Shown: positions 10,692 through 21,114 of the stretch, one piece after another
Position numbering within the stretch: the first letter of the stretch is position 1
How the letters are laid out: every line of letters starts with the position of its first letter
NCBI GenBank assembly: GCA_002340095.1
Contig: DDKS01000067.1
Span: forward strand, 831-64,830
DNA: 64,000 nt
Direction of reading: 5' to 3'
DNA from: Betaproteobacteria bacterium UBA2592
Lineage (GTDB): Bacteria; Pseudomonadota; Gammaproteobacteria; Burkholderiales; Rhodocyclaceae
Notes under the pieces: generated by a model
What the model was told of the DNA's origin: nothing
Seen by the model: the letters and a program-made list of their open reading frames with translations, nothing else
The model's database searches: none
Position numbers and translations under genes: made by a program

Positions 10692-11500
10692 TCTTGACTC
10701 CCGGCACTATCCACACCCCGGCGCAGTTCGCGCACCAGGGCGGCCACCCGGGCCTGCTCCTGGCCGGCCGGGGCCTGTTCCAGTTCTTCGATGATGCGGC
10801 TTCCGACCACCACCGCATCGGCAATGGCGGCCATGTGGGCAGCCGTGGCCGCGTCGCGGATGCCGAAACCCACTCCGACCGGCAGGCCCACGGCGCTGCG
10901 GATTTCGGGGATGCGGGCTGCCACCTCCTCCATGTTGAGGGCGCCCGATCCGGTCACCCCCTTCAGGGAGACGTAATAGACATAGCCATGGGCCAGCCGG
11001 CCCACCTGCTGGAAACGTGCCTGGGAAGAGGTGGGCGCCAGCAGGAAGATGGGGTCCAGGGACTGGGCCAGCATGGCGGCGGCAAAGGTTTCGGACTCCT
11101 CGGGCGGATAATCCACCACCAGCACCCCATCCACACCCGCATCCAGAGCGGCCTTGGCAAAGTTTTCGAGGCCCATGGCCTCGATGGGATTGGCATAACC
11201 CATCAGCACCACCGGGGTGTCGTTGTCGTCCGCCCGGAAATTGGCCACGGCTTCCAGGACCTTGCGCAGGTTCATGCCGTTGGCCAGGGCCTTTTCCGAA
11301 GAACGCTGGATGGTGGGACCATCGGCCATGGGGTCCGAGAACGGCACCCCGAGTTCGATGATGTCGGCGCCGGCTTCCACCAGGGTGTGCATCAGGGGCA
11401 CGGTCAGTTCGAGCCGGGGAAAACCGGCGGTGATGAAGGGAATCAGGGCCTTGCGGCCCCGGGCCTGGAGGGCCTCGAAAGTGGTATGGATGCGTGACAT
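10688..11500 (-). CDS. trpA: Tryptophan synthase alpha chain
   Basis: [28 protein letters not shown]...[17 protein letters not shown]. The trpA stop overlaps the accD start (ATGA). Confidence 0.95.
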   Translation of the reverse strand: MSRIHTTFEALQARGRKALIPFITAGFPRLELTVPLMHTLVEAGADIIELGVPFSDPMADGPTIQRSSEKALANGMNLRKVLEAVANFRADDNDTPVVLMGYANPIEAMGLENFAKAALDAGVDGVLVVDYPPEESETFAAAMLAQSLDPIFLLAPTSSQARFQQVGRLAHGYVYYVSLKGVTGSGALNMEEVAARIPEIRSAVGLPVGVGFGIRDAATAAHMAAIADAVVVGSRIIEELEQAPAGQEQARVAALVRELRRGVDSAGSQE

Positions 11501-11502
11501 GG

Positions 11503-12705
11503 TCAGAATTGGATCCCGGATTTTTCGGCGACAGTATGCATGTCCTTGTCTCCACGGCCGGAGAGATTGACCAGCAGGATCTTGTCCTTGCCCAGGGTGG
11601 GCGCCAGCTTCATGGCATAGGCCAGGGCGTGGGAGGATTCCAGGGCAGGAATGATGCCCTCGTAGCGGCACAGGTCGTGGAAGGCCTGCAGGGCTTCGTC
11701 ATCGGTCACCGCCACGTACTCGGCGCGGCCACAGTCCTTGAGCCAGGCGTGCTCGGGGCCGACGCCGGGATAGTCGAGGCCGGCGGAGATGGAATGGGTC
11801 TCGATGATCTGGCCGTCCTCGTCCTGCATCAGGTAGGTACGGTTGCCATGCAGCACCCCCACTTTTGCGTTGGCAGTCAGCGGCGCTGCGTGCCGCCCGG
11901 TGTGGATGCCCTCCCCGGCCGCCTCGACACCGATCAGCTTGACCGATTCGTGCGGGATGTAGGGGTGGAAGATGCCGATGGCGTTGGAGCCGCCGCCCAC
12001 GGCGGCGATCACCGCATCGGGCTGACGCCCCATCATCTCGGACATTTGGGTGAGGCATTCCTTGCCGATCACGGTCTGAAAGTCGCGTACCATGGCCGGA
12101 TACGGATGCGGCCCTGCCACCGTGCCGATAATGTAAAAAGTGTTCTCGATGTGGGTAACCCAATCGCGCATGGCTTCGTTGAGGGCGTCCTTGAGGGTCC
12201 TGGAACCGGATTCCACGGGCACGACGGTGGCACCCAGGAGCTTCATCCGGTACACATTGGCGGCCTGGCGCTTCACGTCCTCGGCGCCCATGTACACGAC
12301 GCACTCGAAACCGTAGCGAGCCGCCACGGTGGCGGTGGCCACCCCATGCTGCCCGGCACCGGTCTCGGCGATCACCCGGGGCTTGCCCATGCGCTTGGCC
12401 AGCAAGGCCTGGCCGATGCAGTTGTTCACCTTGTGGGCGCCAGTGTGGTTCAGATCCTCCCGCTTCAGCAGGATCTGGGCGCCGCCCAGCTTTTCCGACA
12501 GGCGCCTGGCGTGATAGATGGGGCTCGGACGGCCGACATAATGCTTGAGCTCGTGTTCGAACTCGGCCTGGAAGGCCGGATCCGCCTGGGCGGCCGCATA
12601 GGCATCCCGCAGTTCGGCAAGGGCGGCGATCAGGGTTTCCGCCACGAAAATCCCGCCATAGGGACCGAAATGTCCCCGTTCGTCCGGCAGGTTGTAGTTC
12701 TGCAT
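11503..12705 (-). CDS. trpB: Tryptophan synthase beta chain
   Basis: [25 protein letters not shown]..., [16 protein letters not shown] (PLP lysine), [14 protein letters not shown] sits 8 nt before ATG 12705. Confidence 0.95.
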   Translation of the reverse strand: MQNYNLPDERGHFGPYGGIFVAETLIAALAELRDAYAAAQADPAFQAEFEHELKHYVGRPSPIYHARRLSEKLGGAQILLKREDLNHTGAHKVNNCIGQALLAKRMGKPRVIAETGAGQHGVATATVAARYGFECVVYMGAEDVKRQAANVYRMKLLGATVVPVESGSRTLKDALNEAMRDWVTHIENTFYIIGTVAGPHPYPAMVRDFQTVIGKECLTQMSEMMGRQPDAVIAAVGGGSNAIGIFHPYIPHESVKLIGVEAAGEGIHTGRHAAPLTANAKVGVLHGNRTYLMQDEDGQIIETHSISAGLDYPGVGPEHAWLKDCGRAEYVAVTDDEALQAFHDLCRYEGIIPALESSHALAYAMKLAPTLGKDKILLVNLSGRGDKDMHTVAEKSGIQF

Positions 12706-12744
12706 GGAACAGCTCCTTGGTTGGCTATTTGACACCAGGCTGGA

Positions 12745-13374
12745 TCAATCCCGGTCTGCCGCCCGCACGGCCGCCACGAAGTCGGCCATGCGCTGATGAT
12801 CCTTGATGCCCTTGCCCGCCTCGACGCCACTGGAAACATCCACGGCCGCCGGGCGTACCCGCCGTACTGCGTCGGCCACATTCTCCGGCGACAATCCGCC
12901 GGAAAGGATGAGCGGCAACGGCAGATCGGGCGGGATCAAGCGCCAGTCGAACACGTGGCCACCACCGCCGTAGCCCTCGACGAAGGCATCCAGCAGCAAG
13001 GCCCGGGCCCCGGAAAAACGGGCCGCGTATTGTAGCAAATCCAGCCCGGGCCGGACCCGGGCCGCACGAATCCAGGGCCGCCCCCAGCGGGCGCAATCCT
13101 CCGGTCCTTCATCGCCATGGAACTGGAGCAGGTTGAGGGGCACCTGATCGAGGATGGCCTGGATACGCGCCGCCTCCTCATTGACGAACAGGCCCACCGC
13201 CAGCACGAAGGGCGGCAGGCGCCGCACCAGGGCAGCCGCCTGCCCGGGTGTCACATGACGGGGACTTTGGGGATAAAAGACGAAACCGATGGCGTCAGCC
13301 CCGGCAGCCACGGCGGCATCCACATCCTCGGGACGGGTCAGACCGCAGATCTTGATTCGGGTGGGCATTTGCAT
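12745..13374 (-). CDS. trpF: Phosphoribosylanthranilate isomerase
   Basis: TRIKICGLTRPEDVDAAVAAGADAIGFVFYPQSPR...LSGGLSPENV. Confidence 0.9.
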   Translation of the reverse strand: MQMPTRIKICGLTRPEDVDAAVAAGADAIGFVFYPQSPRHVTPGQAAALVRRLPPFVLAVGLFVNEEAARIQAILDQVPLNLLQFHGDEGPEDCARWGRPWIRAARVRPGLDLLQYAARFSGARALLLDAFVEGYGGGGHVFDWRLIPPDLPLPLILSGGLSPENVADAVRRVRPAAVDVSSGVEAGKGIKDHQRMADFVAAVRAADRD

Positions 13375-14153
13375 CAGAACAGGGAAAGTCCTGCCTCCTC
13401 GGGAATCGCGTAGCGAGGTTCGTAAAGTGGCCCCAGGAAGTAGAGGCCGTCGGGGGCAAAGGTCATGGCGGCCTGGCGCCGGTCCCGGCTCTCGAGCACC
13501 TTCTGCAGATGCTCCGGTGGCCAGCCGCCCTTGCCGATGAAGACCAGATTGCCCACCAGGTTGCGCACCATGTGGTGCAAGAAGGCGTTAGCCTCGAAAT
13601 CGAAGATGAACAGGTCGCCCTCCTGGCGCACCTCGGCCCGGGTGAGCAGTTTGATTGGTGTCTTTGCCTGGCACTCGGCGGCCCGAAAGGCGGAAAAATC
13701 ATGCTCCCCCAGCAGGCAGCGCGCCGCCTCCCGCATCGGTGCCAGGGCCAGGGGACGGTGGAACCAGCCGACGCGCCCAGCCCAGAGGCCTGGACGCTGG
13801 GGCCGGTTGAGCAGCAGATAGCGGTACCGGCGCCGGTAGGCGGAATAGCGGGCGTGGAATCCTTCATCCACCTCCCGGACCCAGCGCACCGCCATGGCAT
13901 CGGGCAGATGGCTGTTTACGCCCCGGACCCAGGCGGAAAGCGGCCGCCCTGCCTCGGTATCGAAGTGCACCACCTGGTTGCTGGCATGCACCCCGGTGTC
14001 GGTGCGACCGGAACAGGTACTCGCCACCGGATGGTCGGCGATACGGCCCAGGGCCGCTTCCAGCGCCTCCTGCAGGGTAAGCAAACCGGCCTGGCGCTGC
14101 CAGCCGTGAAAGGCGCGACCGTCGTACTCGATCCCCAGGGCTATCCTTGCCAC
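13374..14153 (-). CDS. truA: tRNA pseudouridine(38-40) synthase
   Basis: V(GTG)ARIALGIEYDGRAFHGWQRQ..., catalytic SGRTDTGVHA. AGGAGG sits 7 nt upstream of GTG 14153. The longer track ORF (to 14396) is Gly/Ala noise overlapping the upstream gene. Confidence 0.9.
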   Translation of the reverse strand: MARIALGIEYDGRAFHGWQRQAGLLTLQEALEAALGRIADHPVASTCSGRTDTGVHASNQVVHFDTEAGRPLSAWVRGVNSHLPDAMAVRWVREVDEGFHARYSAYRRRYRYLLLNRPQRPGLWAGRVGWFHRPLALAPMREAARCLLGEHDFSAFRAAECQAKTPIKLLTRAEVRQEGDLFIFDFEANAFLHHMVRNLVGNLVFIGKGGWPPEHLQKVLESRDRRQAAMTFAPDGLYFLGPLYEPRYAIPEEAGLSLF

Positions 14154-14752
14154 GGCACACCTCCTGCCAGCAGTAACGCGCCCGCCGCCAGCATGGCCAG
14201 GGTATCCCGACCCGACCAGGGCGGCAGGGCGATGATCACCGGAGCCAGCTCCCCCGCCTCCGGCTGGGGCAGCAGCCATTGACGCCAGTCCTGGCGAGCC
14301 GGCATGTTTTCCATGTACTCCAACACCAGAGCCAACCGCACCACGCTCCGGTCCATGGGCAAGCCCAGATGCTGCAAGGGGCGCAGCAGATACCACAGCC
14401 CCCCCATCAGGGCCCGGTGCCCCAAGGGCACCAGCAGCCAGGCCAGACTGCCCAGCAACACCACCAGCCGCAGCAGGTGCACGCCCGCCTCCTGCAGTCC
14501 GTCATAACTCGGCAACCAGGCCAGACCGCCGGGAGCCGGCCCGGGCAGGCCGTAGGCAAACACCAGGAACAGGGTCAGGAGGAGTATCCGGGTGCGACGC
14601 AACAAGCGCCACCAGTGTGTCCGCACCGGCGCGCCGCTGCAAAGCAGTAGGAGCGCCAGGGCAAGGAGCTGGGGCCAGGCCAGCAGCTGAATCAGAATGG
14701 CCAGCAGGAACCAGACCAGCAGACGGGCAGCAGGATGAAGATGGGTCAGCAT
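14141..14752 (-). CDS. Polytopic membrane protein, CbiQ/EcfT-like N-terminus (function unknown)
   Basis: MLTHLHPAARLLVWFLLAILIQLL... with about 5 hydrophobic segments. The 13-nt overlap with the truA start suggests co-translation. The family assignment is only a resemblance to CbiQ-type proteins. Confidence 0.55.
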   Translation of the reverse strand: MLTHLHPAARLLVWFLLAILIQLLAWPQLLALALLLLCSGAPVRTHWWRLLRRTRILLLTLFLVFAYGLPGPAPGGLAWLPSYDGLQEAGVHLLRLVVLLGSLAWLLVPLGHRALMGGLWYLLRPLQHLGLPMDRSVVRLALVLEYMENMPARQDWRQWLLPQPEAGELAPVIIALPPWSGRDTLAMLAAGALLLAGGVPWQG

Positions 14753-14753
14753 G

Positions 14754-14782
14754 AAAAAGACATAGCCCCTTGCGGGGCTATG
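14754..14782 (-). terminator. Rho-independent terminator after fimV
   Basis: Minus strand reads CATAGCCCC-GCAA-GGGGCTATG followed by TCTTTTTC. The T-tract ends 1 nt before ATG 14752 of the next gene. Confidence 0.65.
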
Positions 14783-14808
14783 GCATGTGGGCCGGGCGAT
14801 TATAACCG

Positions 14809-17800
14809 TCAGCCGTTGAGACGGTCCAGGGCCGCCCGGGCCATTTCCACCTGATCCGGCTCGCCTTCGCCCAGCACCTCGCCCAGGAGTTCCCGAGCCC
14901 CCTCCAGGTCGCCCATGTCTTCATAGGCCTTGGCCAGTTCGAGTTTCGTGCTCACCTCGTCACGCCGGGGATTGGCAACGGCCTCCCCAGCCTCCCGGGC
15001 GGGAACCTCGGCATCGACGGCAGCCGGGGCAGAAGCCGGTACAGCGGCTTCCGGCGTTTCGCCGCCCAGGTCCAGATCGATGCTGGAAAGGTCAAAACCA
15101 CTGCCGGCCGGATTGCCAAGAATGGTGGAATCCGTCAGATGCACATCGAATTCCATGTCTTCATCGGGCTCCAAGGGATCCATGGACATGACCTGGGTCT
15201 TGACCGCCTCTTCCTCGGCCAACGACGCCGCTGCGGCCGGCATGACCCCGGCCGGGGCCTCACCGAGGTTCAGCTCGAAATCCAGCAGGTTATCGTGCCC
15301 GGCCGGCTTTCCCTCCCCGGCAGGGGCGGCCAGCGCCGATTTGAAGTCATCCCCGACCAGGGTGTCCGTTGTGGCAGCCGTGACCGGCGAGGCGGTCGCG
15401 GCAGGGCTTGCGGGCATTTCCAGTTCCAGATCGAAATCCAGCGACCCCACCGCCGCATCGGGATTGACCACGGTGGAAGAGAAATCGGGAGCAGCCTCCG
15501 CCGTGCGCCCCGGCGCACCGGCCAGATCGAAGTCCAGGGCATCCCCCCCGATTTCCGGCTGGGTCACGGTATCGATGTAGGCTTCGGGGGCCTGGACCTC
15601 AACGGCCGGCACGGCAGGAGACGCAGGCGCAGCAGCTTTCGGATCCATCTCCCGTTCGAGGGGAGCCACGGGCTGGGGCGGCTCCTCGGGAAGCGCCAGC
15701 AGGGGATCATCCATCCCCGGGGACTGGCGCACGAAGTTCAGACTCATGTCGGCCTCGGGTGCCGGCGCCTTGCCCAGGGCCCGGGTGGAATCCACCACCA
15801 AGGTGGCATCGGCATCGAAGCTCGGCAGGACCGGCGCCACCGTCGCTGCAGCGGCGGCGGGCGCTGCGGCAGAACCGCCGTAAAGCGGATTGGCCGGATC
15901 AAGCCCACGGCCGAGGGCCGCCACTTTGTCCCATTCGGGACCTTTGCCGCCAGTCTGGGCATAGAGCTCAGTGGCCAGGGTCTCGAACTGCTTGACACTC
16001 TTGCGGTTGGCGTAAATCTCCAGCAGCTTGGTATGGATGGCCGTGCGATGGGGGTCCTTCTGCAAGGCGTCGAGCAGGATTTCCTCGGCCTGGGCATCGC
16101 GGCCGTAGGCCATGTACACATCGGCTTCGGCGACGGGATCGACTTCATCCGTATCGATGGCGCCAGGGCCCGCCTGGCTGAAATCCGTGGTGGGCGGCGT
16201 GGTGTTGGTGGTATCCACACTCTGGCCACCGGCCGTCTGGAACACGGAATTGGGCCCCAGGGTGGAGGTGGTGTCCTGGGAATCCCGCAGGGGGGCATCC
16301 TGCCCGGCCGCCGTGCCGGCAGTACCCCCCTTGCGGCGACGGTAGAATAGATAACCGAGCAGGGCGGCCAGTACGCCCCCCCCTGCCGCCAGGGGGAGCG
16401 GATCCAGGCCATCGAAGAAGCTAGGCTCCTCGACGGGTTGCGGGGGAGGTGCCGGCCGGCGCGGAGCAGGTTTGGGCGCCTGCTTGGGTGGCTCGGCAGG
16501 AGCGGCCGCCTCGCCCTCGGGCTTGGTCGCCGCCTGCTGCACCGGCGCTTCGGCGGGCTTTTCTTCCGGCTTGGCTTCTTGACCGGCTACGGGTTTTTCT
16601 TCGGGCCTGAGTTCCGCCTGCGGCGCAGGTTCGTTCTCGACAGCCGGAGATGTGGCGGGCACGGGGGGCGTCACGACCGGCGCAGGCGTGGCAGCACCGG
16701 ATCGTGCCGCCTGCTTCTGCAACTCGGCCAGACTCTGGTTCTTCAACTCGAGCAGTTTCTGCAGTTCGGCCACATTCTTCTCGAGCATGGCCACCCGCTC
16801 CTGGGACTCCTTCAGGGCCCGCTCCCGGGCGATCAGATCCTCCTCTGGCACCGACCCCTTGGCGACCGGCGTTTGGGTACGGGAGACCTTGACCTGATCC
16901 TTGCCCTGCTCGGCCGGCGGCAGCTTTTCTTCCACCCTGGCGCTGACCTTGCCGCCCGCCTCGCGGGTGGGTGCGGCCCCTGCCACCGGCGCAGCCTCGG
17001 CGGCACCTGCCAGCTTGCGGCGGTAGTGGTTCCAGTCGGAAGACTGGGCACGGAAAATCTTGCGGGCCTCAGCATCGGAAAGGGCAGCGGCTTCGGCCTG
17101 GGACGGAATTTTGAGTACCGCGCCGGCGCGCAGGCGGTTCATGTTGTTGCCACTGAAAGCATCGGCATTGTTGCGGTACAGGGCCACCAGCATCTGCTCC
17201 AGCGTCACGCCGGCGGGCAGATTCTCGGAAGCGATGCGGCGCAAGGTATCCCCCTGCCTGACCTGATATTCACCGGCCACCTCCTTGGCAGCAGGCGCAG
17301 GGGTTGGTTCGGCCGGCTTGCGCGGCGCGGCCGTCTGGGGCTTCTCCGCCGGGGGAACCGGAGACTCGGTGGCCGAAGCCGGACGGGGGAGGACTTCCCC
17401 CTGCTCGGTTCCGGCGGGCAGGACAGGCACCATGCGGGCATCCACCACGGCCTGGCGCCGGCCTGCCTGGGCCGCCACCTCGGGGGGATCGAGCAGGAAG
17501 GTGTACTCCCGGACAAGCCGGCCGGAAGGCCAGTTCAGCTCCAGCAGAAAATCCAGGAAGGGCTCGTTGATGGGGCGATCGGAAGTCACCTTGATCACGG
17601 CGCCGCCAGCGCGTTTTTCCACCGTGAAGCGCAACTGGGCCAGGGTGGGCACGAAATCCACCCCTGCCTGGCGGAAGGATTCCTGGGGCGCCAGATTCGC
17701 CGTCATGCCCGCGAGCTCATCCTTGCTGGCGGACACCTGCACCTCAGCCCGCAGGGGCTGGCCCAGGGCGGAATAGACGGTGATGCGCCCCAGGCCGGCC

Positions 17801-17892
17801 GCATCGGCCCACATGGGATTCAAGGACAGACCCGCCGCGACGGCCAGCGCCATGACGTTGCGTTTGCAGGAAAGGGAATATTTTTTATTCAC
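14809..17892 (-). CDS. fimV: FimV/HubP-family peptidoglycan-binding protein (type IV pilus assembly)
   Basis: Conserved FimV N-domain (GLGRITVYSALGQPLRAEVQV...REYTFLLDPP), a LysM-like segment (YQVRQGDTLRRIA...AVLKIPS), a central TM, an acidic repetitive C-half, and the terminal FimV motif STKLELAKAYEDMGDLEGARELL. The asd-fimV-truA order matches Pseudomonas. Confidence 0.9.
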   Translation of the reverse strand: MNKKYSLSCKRNVMALAVAAGLSLNPMWADAAGLGRITVYSALGQPLRAEVQVSASKDELAGMTANLAPQESFRQAGVDFVPTLAQLRFTVEKRAGGAVIKVTSDRPINEPFLDFLLELNWPSGRLVREYTFLLDPPEVAAQAGRRQAVVDARMVPVLPAGTEQGEVLPRPASATESPVPPAEKPQTAAPRKPAEPTPAPAAKEVAGEYQVRQGDTLRRIASENLPAGVTLEQMLVALYRNNADAFSGNNMNRLRAGAVLKIPSQAEAAALSDAEARKIFRAQSSDWNHYRRKLAGAAEAAPVAGAAPTREAGGKVSARVEEKLPPAEQGKDQVKVSRTQTPVAKGSVPEEDLIARERALKESQERVAMLEKNVAELQKLLELKNQSLAELQKQAARSGAATPAPVVTPPVPATSPAVENEPAPQAELRPEEKPVAGQEAKPEEKPAEAPVQQAATKPEGEAAAPAEPPKQAPKPAPRRPAPPPQPVEEPSFFDGLDPLPLAAGGGVLAALLGYLFYRRRKGGTAGTAAGQDAPLRDSQDTTSTLGPNSVFQTAGGQSVDTTNTTPPTTDFSQAGPGAIDTDEVDPVAEADVYMAYGRDAQAEEILLDALQKDPHRTAIHTKLLEIYANRKSVKQFETLATELYAQTGGKGPEWDKVAALGRGLDPANPLYGGSAAAPAAAAATVAPVLPSFDADATLVVDSTRALGKAPAPEADMSLNFVRQSPGMDDPLLALPEEPPQPVAPLEREMDPKAAAPASPAVPAVEVQAPEAYIDTVTQPEIGGDALDFDLAGAPGRTAEAAPDFSSTVVNPDAAVGSLDFDLELEMPASPAATASPVTAATTDTLVGDDFKSALAAPAGEGKPAGHDNLLDFELNLGEAPAGVMPAAAASLAEEEAVKTQVMSMDPLEPDEDMEFDVHLTDSTILGNPAGSGFDLSSIDLDLGGETPEAAVPASAPAAVDAEVPAREAGEAVANPRRDEVSTKLELAKAYEDMGDLEGARELLGEVLGEGEPDQVEMARAALDRLNG

Positions 17893-18023
17893 GCTGCCAC
17901 CCCGAGCGTCGGAATCGACGTTTTAAAATAACATCATGAACTTAGCCGTGCAAGCTCACCTTGGTTCTAAAATCTTAGCACGTCTGCATTCTGATTGGAT
18001 ACACGACACCGTCCTCCTGGGAC

Positions 18024-18052
18024 AAAAAAGCCGGGGTTTTCCCCGGCTTTTT
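18024..18052 (-). terminator. Bidirectional-shaped rho-independent terminator after asd
   Basis: AAAAAAGCCGGGG-TTTT-CCCCGGCTTTTT, 16 nt downstream of the asd stop. Confidence 0.8.
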
Positions 18053-18067
18053 GCCATTCCCACCCGA

Positions 18068-19201
18068 TCAGGCGTCCAGCAGGATGCGCAACATGCGGCG
18101 CAGCGGCTCGGCGGCACCCCACAGCAGCTGGTCACCACAGGTGAAGGCGGCGAGGTACTCGGGCCCCATGGCCATCTTGTGCAGACGACCCACCGGCACG
18201 GTCAGAGTGCCGGTAACGGCGGCAGGGGTCAGCTCGCGCTCGGAAAGTTCGCGATCGTTGGGCACGACCTTGGCCCATGGGTTGGCCTTGGCGAGCATGT
18301 CGCTGATCTCGTCGAGCGGCACGTCCTTCTTCAGCTTGATGGTCAATGCCTGGCTGTGGCAACGCATGGCGCCGATACGCACGCAAAGACCGTCGATGGG
18401 AATCGAACCCGCCGTACGGAAGGCCGGCTTGCCCAGGATCTTGTTGCACTCGGCGCCGCCCTTCCATTCTTCCTTGGACTGGCCGTTCTCGACCGGCACG
18501 TCGATCCAGGGAATCAGGCTGCCGGCAAGCGGGGTGTTGCGGAAGTGCTTTTTCGGGAAATTGTCGGAACGGATGGTTTCAGCCACCTTGCGATCGATGT
18601 CCAGGATGGCGGAAGCCGGATCTGCCAACAGATCCTTCACGGAGTCGTGAATCATGCCCATCTGCGCGATCAGTTCGCGCATGTTCTGGGCACCGGCACC
18701 GGAAGCGGCCTGATAGGTCATGGAAGTGGCCCACTCCACCAGATCGTTCTGGAACAGGCCGCCCAGGCCCATCAGCATGAGGGAAACGGTGCAGTTGCCG
18801 CCGATCCAGTTCTTGCCGCCCTTGGCCAGGGAATCCTTGATCACGTTCATGTTGACCGGATCCAGGATGATCACGGCGTCATCGGCCATGCGCAGCGCCG
18901 AGGCGGCGTCGATCCAGTGACCGTTCCAGCCGGCGGCACGCAGCTTGGGGAAGACTTCCTTGGTGTAGTCGCCGCCCTGGCAGGTGATGATGATGTCACA
19001 CGCCTTCAGGGCATCGACACTCATGGCGTCCTGCAGGGGAGCCGCCGCTTCCTTGCCGCCGAACACCGGGGCCTTGCCGCCGGCGTTGGAGGTGGAGAAA
19101 TACACAGGTTCGATGTGGGCGAAATCGCCCTCTTCCACCATGCGCTGCATCAGCACGGAACCCACCATGCCCCGCCAACCAACCAGACCAACTCGCTTCA
19201 T
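18068..19201 (-). CDS. asd: Aspartate-semialdehyde dehydrogenase
   Basis: [21 protein letters not shown]..., [11 protein letters not shown] (active-site Cys). GGAG sits 6 nt before ATG 19201. Confidence 0.95.
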   Translation of the reverse strand: MKRVGLVGWRGMVGSVLMQRMVEEGDFAHIEPVYFSTSNAGGKAPVFGGKEAAAPLQDAMSVDALKACDIIITCQGGDYTKEVFPKLRAAGWNGHWIDAASALRMADDAVIILDPVNMNVIKDSLAKGGKNWIGGNCTVSLMLMGLGGLFQNDLVEWATSMTYQAASGAGAQNMRELIAQMGMIHDSVKDLLADPASAILDIDRKVAETIRSDNFPKKHFRNTPLAGSLIPWIDVPVENGQSKEEWKGGAECNKILGKPAFRTAGSIPIDGLCVRIGAMRCHSQALTIKLKKDVPLDEISDMLAKANPWAKVVPNDRELSERELTPAAVTGTLTVPVGRLHKMAMGPEYLAAFTCGDQLLWGAAEPLRRMLRILLDA

Positions 19202-19242
19202 GTTCATCTCCGTAACAAATCCGTTCAACCGTTCTTGCGCTT

Positions 19243-20313
19243 TTACAGGGCCGCCAGCACGGCATCGCCCATCTGCCGGGTGCCCACCCGGGTGGTACCC
19301 GGTTCAAAGATGTCACCCGTACGGTACCCCTGGGCCAGCACCTTCTTGACCGCGCCCTCCACCTTCTGCGCCGCTTCCTCCATGTTGAAGGTGTAGCGCA
19401 GCATCATGGCGGCGGAGAGGATGGTGGCCAGGGGATTGGCCACGCCCTTGCCGGCGATGTCAGGAGCGGAACCGTGCGAAGGCTCGTAGAGGCCCTTGTT
19501 GTTCGCATCCAGGGATGCGGAAGGCAGCATGCCGATGGAACCGGTGAGCATGGAGGCCTCATCCGACAGGATGTCGCCAAACATGTTGCCGGTGACCATC
19601 ACGTCGAACTGCTTGGGGGCACGGACCAGCTGCATGGCGGCGTTATCCACCAGCATGTGGGTGAGTTCCACGTCCGGGTACTCGGGGGCCAGTTCATTCA
19701 TCACGTCGCGCCAAAGCTGGGTGCACTCCAGCACATTCATCTTGTCCACCGAGCACACCTTCTTGTTGCGCTTCCGGGCGGCATCGAAGGCCACTCGGCC
19801 GATGCGACGGATTTCGGACTCGGTGTAGTGCATGGTGTTGAAGCCGAAGCGCTGCTTCTGACCATCCACCTCGCGCACTTCAATGCCTCGAGGCTGGCCA
19901 AAGTAGATGTCGCCGGTCAGTTCGCGCACGATCAGAATGTCCAGGCCGGCCACCACCTCAGGCTTGAGGCTGGAGGCATTTGCCAGTTCCGGGTAGAGGA
20001 TGGCGGGGCGCAGGTTGGCGAACAGATTGAGCTGCTTGCGGATGCCCAGCAGACCGCGCTCGGGGCGCTGTTCCCGGGGCAGGTTGTCCCACTTGGGGCC
20101 ACCCACGGCACCCAGCAGCACGGCATCGGCTTCCCTGGCCAGCTTCTGGGTGGCTTCCGGGTAGGGGTCGCCCGTGGCATCCACGGCACAGCCGCCCAAC
20201 AGGGCCGTTTCCATCTCGAAGCCCAGGTTCAGGGCTTCCAGCACCCGCACAGCCTCGGCCATGATTTCGGGGCCGATGCCGTCACCGGGCAATACACAGA
20301 TCTTCTTGCTCAT
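19243..20313 (-). CDS. leuB: 3-isopropylmalate dehydrogenase
   Basis: [18 protein letters not shown]..., [19 protein letters not shown]. Confidence 0.95.
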   Translation of the reverse strand: MSKKICVLPGDGIGPEIMAEAVRVLEALNLGFEMETALLGGCAVDATGDPYPEATQKLAREADAVLLGAVGGPKWDNLPREQRPERGLLGIRKQLNLFANLRPAILYPELANASSLKPEVVAGLDILIVRELTGDIYFGQPRGIEVREVDGQKQRFGFNTMHYTESEIRRIGRVAFDAARKRNKKVCSVDKMNVLECTQLWRDVMNELAPEYPDVELTHMLVDNAAMQLVRAPKQFDVMVTGNMFGDILSDEASMLTGSIGMLPSASLDANNKGLYEPSHGSAPDIAGKGVANPLATILSAAMMLRYTFNMEEAAQKVEGAVKKVLAQGYRTGDIFEPGTTRVGTRQMGDAVLAAL

Positions 20314-20326
20314 GGTTTCTTTCCAG

Positions 20327-20965
20327 TCAGGCAAACAGCCAGGGCTGCTGCTGCTTGCGGCGTTCCTCGAATTCACGGATGGCTTCTGCGTGGCGCAGGG
20401 TCAGGCCGATATCGTCCCAGCCGTTGAGCAGACATTCCTTGCGGAAGGGGTCCACCTGAAAACCGATCACATGACCATCCGGACGCACCAGCTGCTGCTG
20501 GGCAAGATCGACCGTGAGCCGGAAGCCGGGCGTATGCTCGGTGAGGCCAAACAGAGCATCTACCTCCTCCTTGGGCAGGACGATGGGCAGGATGCCGTTC
20601 TTGAAACAGTTGTTGAAAAAGATGTCGGCGAAGGACTCGGCCAGGATCACCCGGAAACCGTAATCCAGCAGTGCCCAGGGCGCATGTTCACGGCTGGAAC
20701 CGCAGCCGAAGTTGCTGCGGGTCAGCAGGATGGAGGCTCCCTGGTAACGCGCCTGATTGAGCACGAAGTTGGGATTCAGGGGCCGCTTGGAGTTATCCAT
20801 GCCGGGCTCGCCGTGATCCATGTAGCGCCACTCGTCGAAGGCGTTGGGTCCAAAGCCGGAACGCTTGATGGATTTCAGGAACTGCTTGGGGATGATGGCG
20901 TCGGTATCCACATTGCTGCGGTCCAGGGGAGCCACCAGCCCATCGAATTTAACGAATTTTTCCAT
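20327..20965 (-). CDS. leuD: 3-isopropylmalate dehydratase small subunit
   Basis: [31 protein letters not shown]..., [13 protein letters not shown]. Confidence 0.95.
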   Translation of the reverse strand: MEKFVKFDGLVAPLDRSNVDTDAIIPKQFLKSIKRSGFGPNAFDEWRYMDHGEPGMDNSKRPLNPNFVLNQARYQGASILLTRSNFGCGSSREHAPWALLDYGFRVILAESFADIFFNNCFKNGILPIVLPKEEVDALFGLTEHTPGFRLTVDLAQQQLVRPDGHVIGFQVDPFRKECLLNGWDDIGLTLRHAEAIREFEERRKQQQPWLFA

Positions 20966-20967
20966 GT

Positions 20968-21093
20968 TCAGCGGACCGATTTCTGGATGGCCTCGCCACC
21001 CTTTTCAATGTCCTTGCCAATACCGTGGACGGTATTGCAGGCCGTCAGCCCCAAGGCCATCAGGGTGGCGAAAACGAAGGTGAGTTTTTTCAT
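20968..21093 (-). CDS. Entericidin A/B-family small lipoprotein (41 aa)
   Basis: Below the ORF-track size cutoff. Reverse translation gives [41 protein letters not shown], with lipobox L-T-A-C and the GxGKD-type mature peptide typical of entericidins. GGAG sits 9 nt before ATG 21093. It fills the leuC-leuD gap. Confidence 0.75.
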   Translation of the reverse strand: MKKLTFVFATLMALGLTACNTVHGIGKDIEKGGEAIQKSVR

Positions 21094-21114
21094 GGTTGGT
21101 AACTCCAGAAAAAA

